Assembly: GCA_951406725.2 (NCBI GenBank)
Contig: OX597816.1
Coordinates: 90,954,001 to 91,018,000 of the forward strand
Length of the DNA: 64,000 nt
Source of the DNA: Octopus vulgaris
Lineage: Eukaryota
Reading direction: 5' to 3'
The notes below the pieces were generated by a model. That model was not told the DNA's origin. It was given only the letters and a program-made list of their open reading frames with translations, and did no database searches. Position numbers and translations under genes: made by a program. Positions 40,259 to 54,804 of this stretch are shown here, piece after piece (the stretch's first letter is position 1; each line of letters begins with the position of its first letter).

Positions 40259-40764
40259 TTAACCTGTTTAATAATCTATTGAGATTCATGATTAATAAAT
40301 TAAGAATTAACGTTTATCCTGCAGTACATTTCCCATGTTCTTCTCCATTTCAGGTTTTACAAATATCCAACACATAAATATTGGATGTCTAGTTTTATTT
40401 ATTTCTTTTTTTCCCATAAAGTCTAAATATTGCTATATAAACTTTAAATCTATTTGTGATTCACTTTCCAAATTTAATTTTTGTTTGACATTTTACAAAA
40501 TGTTGATATGATATGCATTTATCTTTGTTTTCAGTAAAGTGTATATTTATTGCTAGTAATTAAAGTAATATTTCTATGCACTGAGCTTCTAAATGGAGAT
40601 GGACGCCAAAAACATCAGTGAGGAGCTGACAACAAACTGTAAAATGGCCTGTCGGGAGGTTCCTTCCACCTCTTTTTTTGCTTCGTACATTAATAACGTA
40701 GAAAGAATGTGTTTACATTTTTATTTCACCCACAGTAAAGCTTTGTAGTATTTAAATATTCCTA

Positions 40765-41412
40765 AGGCGGGTAGCTGGCAGAAACGTTAGCACGCTGGGC
40801 GAAATGCTTAGCGATATTTCGTCTGCCGCTACGTTCTGAGTTCAAATTCCGCCGAGGTCTACTTTCCCTTTCATATTTTCGGCGTCGATTAAATAAGTAC
40901 CAGTTACGCATTGGAGTCGATATAATCGACTTAATCCGTTTGTCTGTCCTTGCTTGTCCTCTCTGTGTTTAACCCCTTGTGGGTAGTAAAGAAATGCTGG
41001 GCGAAATGCTTAGCAATATTTCGTCTGTCATTACGTTCTGAGTTTAAATTCCGCCGAGATCGACTTTACCGTTCATCCTTTCGGGGTCGATAGATTAAGT
41101 ACCAGTTGCGTACTGGGGTGATGTAATCGACTGGCCCCTTTCCCCAAAATGTGGGGTCTTGTGCCTAAAGTAGAAAGGAATATTTAAATATTCTTAAGGC
41201 GGTGAGCTGGCAGAATCGTTAGTAAGCGGGACAAAATACTTAGCAGCATTTCGTTCGTTTTCATGTTTTGAGTTCAAATACTGCCGAAGTCGATTTTTGT
41301 TTTTCATCCTTTAAGGGTCAATAAAATAAGTGCCAGTTGAACACTGAGGTCGATGTAATCGACTTATCTCCTTCCTCGTAATTGCTGGCCTCGTGCGAAA
41401 ATTTGAAGTCAA
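40765..41412 (+). mobile_element. SINE-A dimer plus a second full SINE-A in tandem
   Basis: Inner restart at gctgggcgaaatgcttagc (about 40996); target tatttaaatattc(c/t)ta occurs at 40749, 41181 and 41413. Confidence 0.9.
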
Positions 41413-41750
41413 TATTTAAATATTCCTATAGTATTTTTTTGTTTCAGTTACTGGTAATAAAACTCTGTAGTGTAGTTTTGCATTAAACGGCATTTAATAA
41501 GACGAGCCTAACAGAGATCCTCTTCACTGTCTCTCGACCAGCCAAATTTCCTTCATATTACATCTAGTCTTGAAAAAAAAAATTTTTTTTTTTAAAAAAC
41601 AATGCATCAATATTATCCTGTGTGGAACATATTTGATCATAGATTTTTTTTTTCTATTGTGATTGACCTGGGCCCATACAACAACCATTACTAACATTAT
41701 CTGAAAACTTCTGCCTGAAGTATATTAAAGGCAGTGATAATGCTAAGGGG

Positions 41751-41915
41751 TAATATTTACCTCCACTTAAACGTAGATGTTCTGTTAGAACGAACTTCAC
41801 TGCGGTACATCCATGAGATAAATTCCCAAAAGCTAATATGAGAGTTTCTCTCATAGTATCTACCACAGTACAGTTTGTTCTAATAACATTCACGTTTAAG
41901 TGGAGATAGATATTA
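41751..41915. repeat. 165-bp imperfect palindrome (hairpin / MITE)
   Basis: taatatttacctccacttaaacgt…ttagaac…catgaga mirrors tctcat…gttctaa…acgtttaagtggagatagatatta; loop about 10 nt. Confidence 0.8.
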
Positions 41916-41934
41916 TATTAAAGTATTTAATAAT

Positions 41935-42148
41935 CCTTTTTTACTATAGGCACAAGGCCTGAAATTTGGGGGAGGGGGTAGTCGATTACATCGACCCCAG
42001 TACTCAACTGGTGCTTAATTTATCAACCCCCGAAAGGATGAAAGGCAAAGTCAACCTCGGCGGAATTTGAACTCAAAACATAGCGACGTCTGAGATACGG
42101 CTAAGCACTTCGCCCAGCGTGCTAACGATTCTGCCAGCTCGCCACCTT
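41935..42148 (-). mobile_element. SINE-A (tail-1), duplicate of the 39841 outer copy
   Basis: Shares diagnostic bases (ctggtgcttaatttatcaacccc; gagatacggctaagcacttc) and about 60 bp of flank with 39841-40317. Confidence 0.88.
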
Positions 42149-42370
42149 AACCTGTTTAATAATCTATTAAGATTCATGATTAATAAATTACTTAAGAATT
42201 AACGTTTATTTTATAATCTGGCAAATGTTTTTAACTTTCTGGATAATTTGCCGACTAAAGACTTTAATGTACAGAATATACAGTTAGTTGTAATTGCTTT
42301 TAGTTGTATATAACAAGCATTCTCACGTTCATTTCGATACACAAAAAAGAAATATTTTAAAATCACAAGT

Positions 42371-42733
42371 AGGCGTAGGTGTGTGTTAAGAAGCTCACTT
42401 TCTAGCCACATATTTCCGGGTTCAATCCCACCGCAGGGCACCTTGGGAAAATGTCTTCTACTATAGTCTCGGGTCGACCAAAGCCTTGTGAGGGGATTTG
42501 GTAGACGGAAACTGGAGGAAGCCCGTCGTATATATATATGTGTGTGTTTATCCCCAACCACCGGTGTTTGTGCGTTTATGTCCTCGTAACTGAAAGGTTC
42601 GGCAAAAAAGACAATAAATACCAAGCTTATCAAAAATATTAAGTACTGGGGTCGATTCATTCGAGCAAAAAAAAAATCATCAAGGCGGTGTCCCGGCATA
42701 GCCGCAGTCTAATGACTGAAACCAGTAAAAGAT
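42371..42733 (+). mobile_element. SINE family B
   Basis: Matches 33785-34183. Confidence 0.85.
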
Positions 42734-43040
42734 TAAAAAAAAAATAAGATATAGATATAGCTAGAGTTAGTAATTTCATTATGTACAGAGACTATATTGA
42801 GGAACAGCAACTGATATGCTCTGCGTAAGACCACTTCGACCACCAACAGTGCTTCTCAAAATCGGGTGGGAGGGTGTTACTGTTCCCCCTACGAGCGATA
42901 GAAAATATATGGGTATTGAAGATACAGAGGGCTGTATGGGGTCAACAGTGGTATTAATACATTTTATTTTATTAATCAACTTTTAAAACAATTTTTATGT
43001 AATAAATACTATGATAGACTGCTTAACTGAATGTATACCA

Positions 43041-43420
43041 TCTCTTTTACTCGTTTCAGTCATTTGACCGTGGCCATGCTGGAGCACCGCCTTTAGTCGA
43101 GCAAATCGACCCCCAAGACTTATTCTTTGTAAGCCTAGTACTTATTCTATCGGTCTCTTTTGCCGAACCGCTAAGTTACGGGGACATGAACACACCAGCA
43201 TCGGTTGTCAAGCGATGTTGGGAGGACAAACACAGACACACATATATATACATATACACGACAGGCTTCTTTCAGTTTCCGTCTACCAAATCCACTCACA
43301 AGGCTTTGGTCGGCCCGAGGCTATAGTAGAAGACACTTGCCCAAAGTGCCACGCAGTGGGACTGAACCCGAACCATGTGGTTGGTAAGCAAGCTACTTAC
43401 CACACAGCCACTCCTGCGCC
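43041..43420 (-). mobile_element. SINE family B, full length
   Basis: Close reverse complement of 33785-34183. Confidence 0.9.
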
Positions 43421-44480
43421 TATTTAAAATTTTTGTTGAAAAATTGTTAGTAAAAGAATGGAGACGTAACAAGCACTGATCTACAGGTTATTGAAGAAGC
43501 CTCTATACGGTCACTTGGTCAGAAAGAAATAGCAGGAGACATGAAATAATGTAACCTTAAGTTTGGAAAAAAAAACTCAAGACTAGATGAAATGGTAACG
43601 AGTGAAATTCCTTAAATCATATATCTGATTCTTTATATCAACGCTGACTCAGGGCTAAAAAAACAACATAAAGAAAGGTGATTTAGATTGTAACCTTAGA
43701 GAATATTACAACAAATAAGAATGTTTGTTTAGTTTACCATAGCCTCTTCAGTCTCATCGTTGTGGTATTACAAATAGTAAACGAGAAACTTATGATATAT
43801 AAAACTTTCTTCATTTTATGCCTCTGCAAAATGTATTATATTTTTCTTTTATCTGATATTTCATTACCATAACTTTTAGAATAAGGATAATTAATAGCCA
43901 AGCACATTTAAGATATCATATAGAGCAGGAATGGAAGATGCTAAGCAAATTACATTTCTTGCATTCTATCATACCAATACTGTGTGATTCATATGATACA
44001 TAGCAAAGGAATACAAAGTTACTGGGAGGAAGTTTAAGCATAATATTAATCTTAGGGTAACAACCTCTCCTTTAAATTCTGCAGCTTAATGCTTGTATAA
44101 ATATTACATAGCATAAACAAATAAATATTCTCCTTCATCACTATATTTCGGACTTCCTTTTGTGCATAATCTGACACTCTATGAAAAAAGTTTTATTTCT
44201 ACACTAATTGAATTAAGATTTTAATTACTCTCCTTTCCTGTCCGACTAACTTCTTCCAAACAACATAATATCTATTTCCCACCATTAAACTGCAGGGGTC
44301 TGCGGAAGTATTCAGTGCATCAAACCTCAGCAGTTGTTCTTTGGTTAGCTTCAGAACAAGGGAGGAAAGATATATGTAATGTCGTAACCTAAATACGAAC
44401 ATGCTTTAGACAAACTATTTTAAAGCAAGATTTTATTACAAAACCAATTTCTTTTATATATATATATCATAAACGTGTAA

Positions 44481-44690
44481 AGGCGGCGAGCTGGCAGAAT
44501 CGTTACCGCGCCGGGCAAAATGCTTAGCGACATTTCGTCCATCTTTACGTCCTAAGTTCGAATTTCGCTGAGGTAGACTTTGGCTTTCATCTTTTCGGGG
44601 TCGATAAATTATGTACCAGTTGAACATTGGGGACGGTGTAATCGACAAGCCGCCCCCCCCCACCATAAACATTTCTGGATTGTACCAAAT
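44481..44690 (+). mobile_element. SINE family A
   Basis: Head and core match. Confidence 0.8.
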
Positions 44691-44699
44691 TTTAAAATA

Positions 44700-44893
44700 C
44701 AGTAACCCCTCGCCATATCGTAGTTTATTATTTAAGCTTACGTCGATTCCTCCATGTTTTGCATTTATAATAAATGAAATATATACAAATTATAAAAATT
44801 AAAAAAAATATACAGTACTGTTTCTACTTGGCGGATTTTCACCTATCGCGGGTTTTTTGGAACGTAACACTCGTAATAGTCGAGGGATTACTG
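44700..44893. mobile_element. Tigger/pogo-type MITE (194 bp)
   Basis: TIRs cagtaacccctcgcca / tagtcgagggattactg with TA on both sides. Confidence 0.75.
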
Positions 44894-44910
44894 TATGTCA
44901 TAGACATGTG

Positions 44911-45050
44911 AAGGTGCGTGGCGTAGTGGTTAGGGGCATTTCACTCCCGATCGCAAGACGGTAGTTTCGATTCCCAGACAGGCGACGTGTTATGTTCTTG
45001 AACAAAAGACTTCGTTTCACTTTGTTTCAGTCCATTCAGTTATAAATGAA
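44911..45050 (+). mobile_element. SINE family C head (tRNA-derived)
   Basis: A box gtggcgtagtggttagg and B box gtttcgattccc, then SINE body instead of an acceptor stem. Confidence 0.6.
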
Positions 45051-45232
45051 TAATTCTGCGACGGAATAGTCCGTCGCAGAATTATTCCGTTCTGGGGAAA
45101 TGTTGGCCTGTTCGCCTATCCAGTAGGATAGTACCGTTCGAAACCAGCAACAAAGTGACAAAAGTGCATTCTGACTAACGGTGTATAAAAACATCCGATA
45201 GCCTGATCGATACAGCGATATCATAGACTCAA

Positions 45233-45788
45233 GCGCAAGCGTGACTGTGTAGAAAGAAGCTTGCTTGCCAACCACATGGTTCCGGGTTCAGTCCCACTGT
45301 CTGGCACCTTGGACAGGTGTCTCCTACTACAGCCTCGGGCCGACCAAAGCCTTGTGAATAGAATTAGTAGACGGAAACTAAATAAAGCCCGTTGTATATC
45401 TATATATATATATATATCTGTGCGTGAGTGTGTGTGTCTTCGTGTCTATGTCTCAGTCTGTCTGTCTGTCTCTCCCCCTCCCTAATATTACCAAGTCATT
45501 TTCAGTGGTAAAGTTAAATGAAATTTTTGACTTTGAAGCATCGTAAACATTTTACATTTTAATACAACTTACTCGTTTCTTTGTCCTCCACCACCACCGC
45601 TTGACAACCGTTGTTGGCGTGTTTACGTCTCCGTAACGTTGTGGTTTGGCAAAAGAGACCGATAGAATAAGTATCAGGCTTAACAAAAAAAAAATGTGCT
45701 GGGATCGGGTCATTCGACTAAAAATTCTCCAAGGTGCTGCCTCAGCATGGCCGTAGTTTAATGGATGAAACAAGTAAAAGATAAAAGA
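45233..45788 (+). mobile_element. SINE family B split into 5' (45233-45395) and 3' (45576-45788) parts
   Basis: Motif matches to 33785-34183. Confidence 0.75.
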
Positions 45789-45844
45789 CAACTAGATAAA
45801 ATTTTTTAAATTAGTAGCAATTGGAAAAAAGTACGGTAGAGAGC

Positions 45845-45877
<33 letters not shown>

Positions 45878-46384
45878 AATATTACTCCTCCGTTTTGGTT
45901 TCAGTCATTTTCAGTGCTAGAGTTTGATGAAATTTTTATTTTGAAGCCTTGTAGATATTTTACATTTTAATACGACTTCTTTGTTTCGTTAATATATTCA
46001 CCAAGTCAATAAACGGGCAAGCATAAACACTAAATAGGTCTCACAGTAAATTTCGATACGTTGCAGATACTATACTATGTTGTGTGTACAAGTGAGAATT
46101 TTCGTTTGCAGTGTGTTATACCTTTTTATCTAACTCAACATATAAAAGAATGCTCAACGGGTCCTACTGAATGTGATTGTGTGTAACCTTATAGGGCCAG
46201 TTTGGTCCCATGAAAATGAGAACTGATTGTTTCAAAATTCTATATAAAATAATGTGTTGATTCGAGATATAATATACATATATACACATATACATACGTA
46301 CGTTTGTACGTACGTACATACATACATGTCACTTCAGCAATGTAACTGCATACGTACTGTTAGAGATTTCTATTCTTTCTTTGG

Positions 46385-46515
46385 ACTTTTCTCCTTTCCG
46401 ACGAAGATCTATGCTCGAAACGTCAAACTCCCTCTCTTCACCGAGCGTCAAGCTAATGCATTGTTTGTGTACGTCCTCTTGTTGTCCGTTAATTTTATTC
46501 GTTTATTTGAATTGA

Positions 46516-46520
<5 letters not shown>
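46385..46520 (+). mobile_element. Short repeat with degenerate minimal hammerhead motif, copy 3
   Basis: ttt-CCGACGA-a-GATC-tat-GCTC-GAAAC-GTC-aaa (46395-46427) followed by ccgagcgtcaagctaat, as in 2707-2723. Confidence 0.5.
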
Positions 46521-47925
<1,405 letters not shown>

Positions 47926-48034
47926 TATCTTTTGTCTCGGTTTCGACCCAAGCACTTCTTAATCAGTTCTATATATTTCGTAAGAAAAAATAATATTATA
48001 TGTGTGTGTGTATGCATGTACATGCATGCATTTT

Positions 48035-48135
48035 GTTATCTACATTGCAACGATGGAGCTTTGTATCTTTATTAGAAACCAGTTCCGTCCTCAGAGTAAA
48101 AATTTAACTAATTAAAAACAGAAGAGAACATATAT
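48035..48135 (+). mobile_element. 3' end fragment of the second R4-like family (also about 55375-55480)
   Basis: tttgtatctttattagaaaccagttccgtcctcagag matches 62505-62545. Confidence 0.6.
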
Positions 48136-49884
48136 GTATATCACTGTATCACCCAAACTATCGAATGTTCCAAGGACCCACTGAACGTTCCTACATTTTG
48201 AAATAGATGAAAAATTAAAGAACACTGCATGAAAGGAAGGTGTGAATTTTGAGAAAATAGTAATCCAGATATAATAGATTCCTTGAGTGTGAAGGATTAA
48301 AATTAACCTGTCCGATTGTTAACGAGTAATATGATTGTTGGAGAATAGTTAAGCAGTCTCAGTTGGATATTACTTTTGTTTGTGAAACAATGATATTTGC
48401 TCATCTTTTTAAACCTCTAATAGTCTTATTCAAGGTGGGGAAATAATTTTAAAATACTTACATACACTAAAATGATAATTTTTTTTAAAGTTTTTTTTCA
48501 CTCAAACATCTCATTTGAATGAATCTAGAAAAAAAAATCACTGATAAAAAAGATTATGGCGGAGTTTCTTGGTGGCGTCGGCTGAAATATTCATCTTAGT
48601 CACCAGCATTAGAAAATACTGAATATGCATGTCATGTTACGATACTATCTAAAATGTTTCCAATCTGTACATCTCATGTATTGTCAATAAATGACTGACA
48701 AAATGTTTTTGTTTCATTGTCTTACTCTACTTAAGAAACGGAATCAAAGTGTACAAGTCTATACTGTAAGTAAATAACGGGTTTAGAATATGCCTTGCTT
48801 TGTTACTTTAATTGTTTATAATATTTAAATAAAACGATACTATTTTCCTGTGACTTCTTTTCCGAGCAGCATTCGAACAACCCTTCAAAATTACAGCATT
48901 AAAATACTAAAGACAAATTTACGAAACTTGAACGATACTCATTAGATATCTCGTATTTGTCCATTATGGTATCAAACAATATGCCAATCGTTAAAATAAT
49001 CTCATACGCAGTACTTTTAAGCACTAACAAATGTTTAAGACAATACAATTGAACAGAACTATACAAATCATTCGTGATTTATGCAAAATTCTTCTGTGAT
49101 GGAGTTAAAGTCTATAAAAATTATGAAAATGAACAGCAGATATTCTTCTAAAATATATTCTGGCCATATCAAATTGTTCAACTTTTGACAAAAGTATGCC
49201 CAGCACATAAAACACGACGACCTTTAAACGTCTCACATAAACTATGCTTTCTTCTTAAAGATTTATTAACAACTTATGGCGACAATTATCAACTAGCATC
49301 TATTCATATAACTGAAATCCCACCCCTTCCTAGGGAAAACAAATAAGGATATATCAAAAGAAGTTCAGCCGTTGACCTTTTCTCTATCAAATGCAGATGA
49401 CTCTTGAAAATTTTGGAGAAAGGTCAACATCTGATCTTGCCTTTTTTTATAGACTTTGGCGCAGTAGTTACACTTTGTCTTAAGAAGTCAACCATAACTG
49501 AGCACTTAGAATTGCCATCTTCTTTCCGGTCATGCTTTCTTAGCATGCTCCAAATGAAGAAATATTAAATACTCATCCCCATCCCGTTAATACAAACGCT
49601 GACCAGCCTGTTCATAAATATTATTTATTCATGGTTTAAAATAGCTCAACAGAACCTCTAACATTTGTTTCCATATTATTACATTACTGTAACGATTGGT
49701 TAATTAACAACTAAGTCAATATCTTATGTATGTTACATTCATTTCTTTAAAATAAACTCAGAAAACAATCAATGGCTATAATGGATGCTTGGAGCTATAA
49801 AAGCTACAATGAAGTCACTTTAACACTTATATATATATATTAAAATATATTTATAAAAGAACATTAATGCTCATGAGAGATATT

Positions 49885-49918
<34 letters not shown>

Positions 49919-49950
49919 CTTCAGCATCATCAACACTGTATGTAGCGTTT

Positions 49951-50314
49951 ATCTTTAATTCTACTTATTTCAGCCATTAAACTGCGGTCAGGCTGGGGCA
50001 TCGCCTTGAAGAAACTTTAGTCAAATGACTCGACCTAGTACATTTTTAAAGCCTGGTACTCGGTCTCTTTTGCCAAACCGCTAAGCTACGAGGACGTAAA
50101 TAAACGAACACCAGCTGTCAAGCGGTGCAGAGGAACAAACACAGACACGAAAACACACTTACACACACACGTGTGTGTGTGTTTTCATCTACCAAATCCA
50201 TTTACAAAGCTCGAGGCTGTAGTAGAAGACACTTGACCAAGTTGCCACGCAGTGGGACTGAACCTGAAGCCATGTGGTTTGGAAGCAAAGTTCTTACCAC
50301 AGAGCCACGCCTCC
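49951..50314 (-). mobile_element. SINE family B (duplicate at 57292-57655)
   Basis: Reverse complement of the SINE-B head and 3' half. Confidence 0.8.
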
Positions 50315-50780
50315 GAGTGTTTATTATAAACATACTTTCTTTATACAGCACATTCGACATTTGATTTGTGTTTAGAGCTAAGAGTGATTTATCCTCAAGT
50401 TAAATTGTATCATACGCACTGGATTTGCTTTACAAGACGGTTAATAAATGTATATATGGCAAACGAATATGTTCTTTTTGAAAGTGATTAAGTGTATCAG
50501 CCTTATTAGGTGGTTAGTTTTTAAACAGTCTCTGATGAAGACAGAAAATTCGCCATTCTTCCACCTGTCTGAATAGTTACTCTAATTTCTTATGGAGGTA
50601 AGCAATTTTTGTCAGTCAGAAACTGAAAAGTTTTGTCGTTCATGTCTTTTCTAAACGTCTTTAACGATAAAGGTAAGGTAAAAGGAATGACTTTAACAAG
50701 TTACTGAAGTCTGTTCTCGGACACGGTCTGTTTGGGAAATTACCATTGTTCAACGTAGCTCATCTCAGAAAACAGCAAAT

Positions 50781-50978
50781 ATTGGTTTCAAATTTTGGCA
50801 CAAAATCAGCAATTTCGTGGAAGGGATATGCCGATTACTGGTTCTTATTTTATCGATCCCAAAAGTTTAGAGGCAAAGTCGACCCTAGTGGCATTTGAAC
50901 TCAGAACGTAAAGACGGACGAAATGCCGCTAAGCGTTTTTGTCCCGTGTGCTAACAATTATGCCAGCTCACTGCCTTG
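50781..50978 (-). mobile_element. SINE family A (duplicate at 58122-58319)
   Basis: Head and core match. Confidence 0.8.
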
Positions 50979-51489
50979 AACACAACAAATATTAACAAAA
51001 GAAAATGGGTAGGGTGCTTTACTGTTGCTAGTACGGTGCTTCACAGTTCTGAGGTGAAAATATACAGGTGTCGATACCGAGCTTAAATTCTATCAGAGTT
51101 AATTTTAACTTTCTATTTTTTAAACCCGTTAAATTAATTATAAATGATGGTTCCTGTGCTGTTAGCTCTATCCAATTTCGTCTGGTTGAGCTCGATTATC
51201 GAACCAAATGAGTTTTGTGTTCATTAGGGGAAAGTTATGAAAGAAAAAAAAAACCACGACTGGAGCTGAATTCTAAGTTCGTGGTGAAAATGAGAGATGG
51301 GATTCGAGCCAGCAATCTAACCTCCAAAATGTGACAAAACGAAATTGCTCCAGAAATTCAGCTTAACTGGCATAAACATAACAGCTCATCCCGAAAGGAG
51401 ATAATAGAACTGATAAAAGCCGAAAGGAAGTTCAGCTCCAGTTGTAATTGTTTAAATAACAAGTTCACCCTAGCTCTCAACAAAGTTAT

Positions 51490-51800
51490 TTTTAATGACT
51501 GATTTCGGAATGTATACCAGAGACTACACCCGTTTAACAAATTGATATAAGCATTCAGCATGTATGAGAGATAGTAACTAGACATTTAAAGCGTAAGCGA
51601 AACGAAATAGATGGGTGACGATAAAAATGTATAACGACTAAAATACCAAGCTGTTCAGGAGGATATGGAAAACAATACATGAGAGATGGTGATAAAGTTT
51701 TTAACAAAGAAACTAAGGCTCAGTAGACAATAGAGTTTAAAGGAACTAAAGCCGAATGCTGAAGGACAAAGTGAACGACATTAATGCCAATACTGACAAA
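51490..51800 (+). pseudogene. Decayed APE-endonuclease (RTE-like) remnant (duplicate at about 58830-59140)
   Basis: LDI*SVSETK*MG resembles the LDILGVSETRWTG motif; many stop codons. Confidence 0.4.
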
Positions 51801-53319
51801 AGCTGGGGCTTTTTGTTGTTGTTTTTGTTAAACAGGTTACAGATATTAAATGACAGTTCATACAGACGACGGTGACTGATAACAATCGAATGAAGATGAA
51901 GTCAAAGAGAACGCAAGAGAAAATAAAGAAAAATGGCTGCTGTAATTGACGGGCGTATCTTTGGCTGGTAGTAATACTTCAGTTTAAACGTTCCTTATGC
52001 AGAAAGAATTGGAGCAGAACTCAACTCCATAAAATTTAATGCGAGCCAATAAGGGAGCTTCTACATGATAGCTCCATTTGCTAGAAATAGAGGCTAAATC
52101 TGCTCACATATTTTACTGCATTAGACAATCCTTGACATACGAGGCATGACCACGGCTGAGACACTTTGATCATAGATTACAGAACTACTGAATCGGAACT
52201 CAATGTATGTGTGTATGTGTGTGTGCGTGTGTATGCTTGTGCGTGTATACAATAAAGTAGGTGCTGACATAGTTGATGAAATAAGTCAGGAAATTTTGAC
52301 TAATTATACCCATAGTGATGATGTGGAAAAATAATTATTTTCATGTTTAAATCTGGGTTGACAACCGCGGAATTTTAACTAAAAATTAAAGTGCAATGCG
52401 GAGTGAATCTGACCTTTGGCATTGTGGTAACAACCTCAGACATATTTCGCACCTATTAAACCTTATCAGCAGAAAACAGTCTAAACGTTATTGGAGGATC
52501 TATAGAATGACTACGCAAATGAAAGTATTCTAATCAGATGAAAAAATATTAATATTACACAACATTTTTATTCACTAAACTTGTATATCTTCTCTATTCA
52601 TTCTAAAGTCTAGCGGAACTTTGGACTTTGTCGAAGTGTATTTACACGCTGAAACACATCCGGAGTTTGCACCTCCGAGATGGCAAAGTGCATATAAGTG
52701 TTCACTGCATTCTATTTTTAATTAATTAGATAGAAAGAATGAACAAGCAAAACAAGTGATATCACTTTAAATTATGTAATTTAAAATTTAAACATAATCG
52801 TTGAGCAGTTAGAGTAAAGAAGGGATTACGAAGTTATGCACAAAGTCTCTTATAGTTGTTTCTAGAATAGCTGTGTATATGACGCATATTTCAATGAGCA
52901 AAAATTTCCATATAAAAGCCAACACCACCATCTTCAGAGAGGAAGGATTAAAGAATATCGTTAGTAAAGCATATTACTAGTTACCCGTTCCATCGTCGAA
53001 GAGAGAGTTGCTAGGCAGCTACAAGGCCTCTTTTGTTTTGTTTTAGTGGTACATGTATACATGCATACATACACACAAGCATGCATACATGAATCCGTCC
53101 AGCCATAATAATAATAATCCTAGGATGAAATTTATATTTTAATGCTCGCTACACGCGTTTCCACAAATTACACGTATCTTAAGATCACAGTCCATATTCC
53201 TGAGATGATTACAGTGTAGTCCGTAGTATCCGTGGGCATTGGGTAGATCATCTTCATGGATTCCTTTCTTCTGGCGATATGACATTAATGGATGTTTAAC
53301 ATACATACATACATATCAG

Positions 53320-54302
53320 ACTGAGAAAAATATGGCAGTCAGAAATCTCTTACAAGGCAATATCCCACACTACATTTTCAGTACCAGTGCTGATTCCAAA
53401 AATCAGGATACTTGACTCGTCTGTAGAGGAAATCCACTCCTTAGACATTAAAACCCACAAGATCCTGATCTCAACTGGAAACCTCCACAGAAACAATGAT
53501 ATCGATAGGCTCAACCTAAGAAGGGATGAAGGAAGTTGGGGCTTGAATTCAGTGCAGCAGCAAAATTAAATACATAAACTTAGACCTCTCATACAACGCC
53601 AAAATACCTCAACGAGGACCTGAATATGAAACTCTCAAAACACACACACAAAACATTATGCGAGGGTCTGTTTCCCGAAGACTTGAAGAAGACAGTGATA
53701 TTGACATAAAGTGCAGCCCCCTTGGACTCGTAACTGCTACATTACATTACATTACGAAGGCTATACTATATGCTGCGAAATGCCTGATAAACATAAGAGA
53801 CAGTGAAGCCCTTGGAGCTCGAAGCTGCAACCGAAAATATAGATTATGTCATATTTCTGTGGAGGACATCGCACATATGATTAGCATCTGCGCAAAAATG
53901 TCATCACGATACTACCTCTCTATGCGATACGACGCTGTCGTAAAAACAAAATACAATGCCATTTGGAAAAAAGACTATTCTGGAATAAATATAGAGAATC
54001 CCTCTTTTATTGAAGACATACACAAACATCAATACAAGGAATACTGGTGGAACATTCCCATTAAAACATCTGTCAAATGTAAATATAACAGGCCGGAATT
54101 GTTGTTTGGGACAGACAAAAAATGTATGGACCATCATAGAAGTTAGCTCGCTGCTGAATTCTTCGAAAATCAAATAGGAAGAGGATAATAACATACAGCT
54201 ACATACAACTGCTTGGAAACCTTCAGCTTTTATATGCTGATTATAAATTCATATATTATAAATTATCAATTCATATTTTTATCAGTAATATTTGGTGCAC
54301 TT
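53320..54302 (+). pseudogene. R4/Dong-like 3' half remnant, copy 1
   Basis: EEIHSLDIKTHKIL…DIDRLNLRRDEGSWGL, (C)RLCHISVEDIAHMISIC zinc motif, EYWWNIPIKTS…NRPE RLE region. Confidence 0.8.
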
Positions 54303-54303
54303 A

Positions 54304-54704
54304 GGGTGGCGAGCTGGCAGAATCGTTAGTACGCCAGGCGAAATGCGTAGTCGTATTTCGACTGCCGTTACGTTCTGAGTTCAAATTCCGCCGAGGTCGA
54401 CTTTGCCTTTCATACTTTCGGGGTCGATAAATTAAGTACCAGTTACGCACTGGGATCGATGTAATCGACTTGATCTGTTTGTCTGTCCTTGTTTGTCCCC
54501 TCTGTGTTTAGCCCTTTGTGGGTAGTAAAGAAGTAGAAATAGGTATTTCGTCTGTCTTTACGTTCTGAGTTCAAATTCCACCGAGGTCGACTTTGCCTTT
54601 CATCCTTTCGGGGATGATACTCGCTGACGATACATCGAAGAGGCCAGGGAACAGAAGAATGAAGAAGAAAGAAGACATGCACCCAACACCAGAGCTGAAG
54701 ACAC
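54304..54704 (+). mobile_element. SINE-A dimer start with foreign insert, cut by the gap
   Basis: Same as 61645-62045. Confidence 0.85.
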
Positions 54705-54804
54705 NNNNNNNNNNNNNNNNNNNNNNNNNNNNNNNNNNNNNNNNNNNNNNNNNNNNNNNNNNNNNNNNNNNNNNNNNNNNNNNNNNNNNNNNNNNNNNNN
54801 NNNN
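54705..54804. other. Assembly gap (100 N)
   Basis: Run of N. Confidence 1.

Noticed and set aside
42847-42950. hAT-Charlie TIR-like cagtgcttctcaaa
   Set aside because: No matching second TIR or TSD found.
44293-44390. Possible exon after ctgcag
   Set aside because: No recognisable peptide, weak donor site and no partner exons.
49430-49485. KCNYCAKVY zinc-finger-like peptide on the minus strand
   Set aside because: In-frame stop just upstream and no His ligands downstream.
50525-50635. ctgatga…gaaac hammerhead-like words
   Set aside because: Stem II would span about 80 nt with weak pairing, and stems I and III do not close.
53658-54146. 162-aa ORF as an intact gene present twice
   Set aside because: It is an R4/Dong fragment with degraded motifs, and the second copy lies in the probable assembly duplicate.
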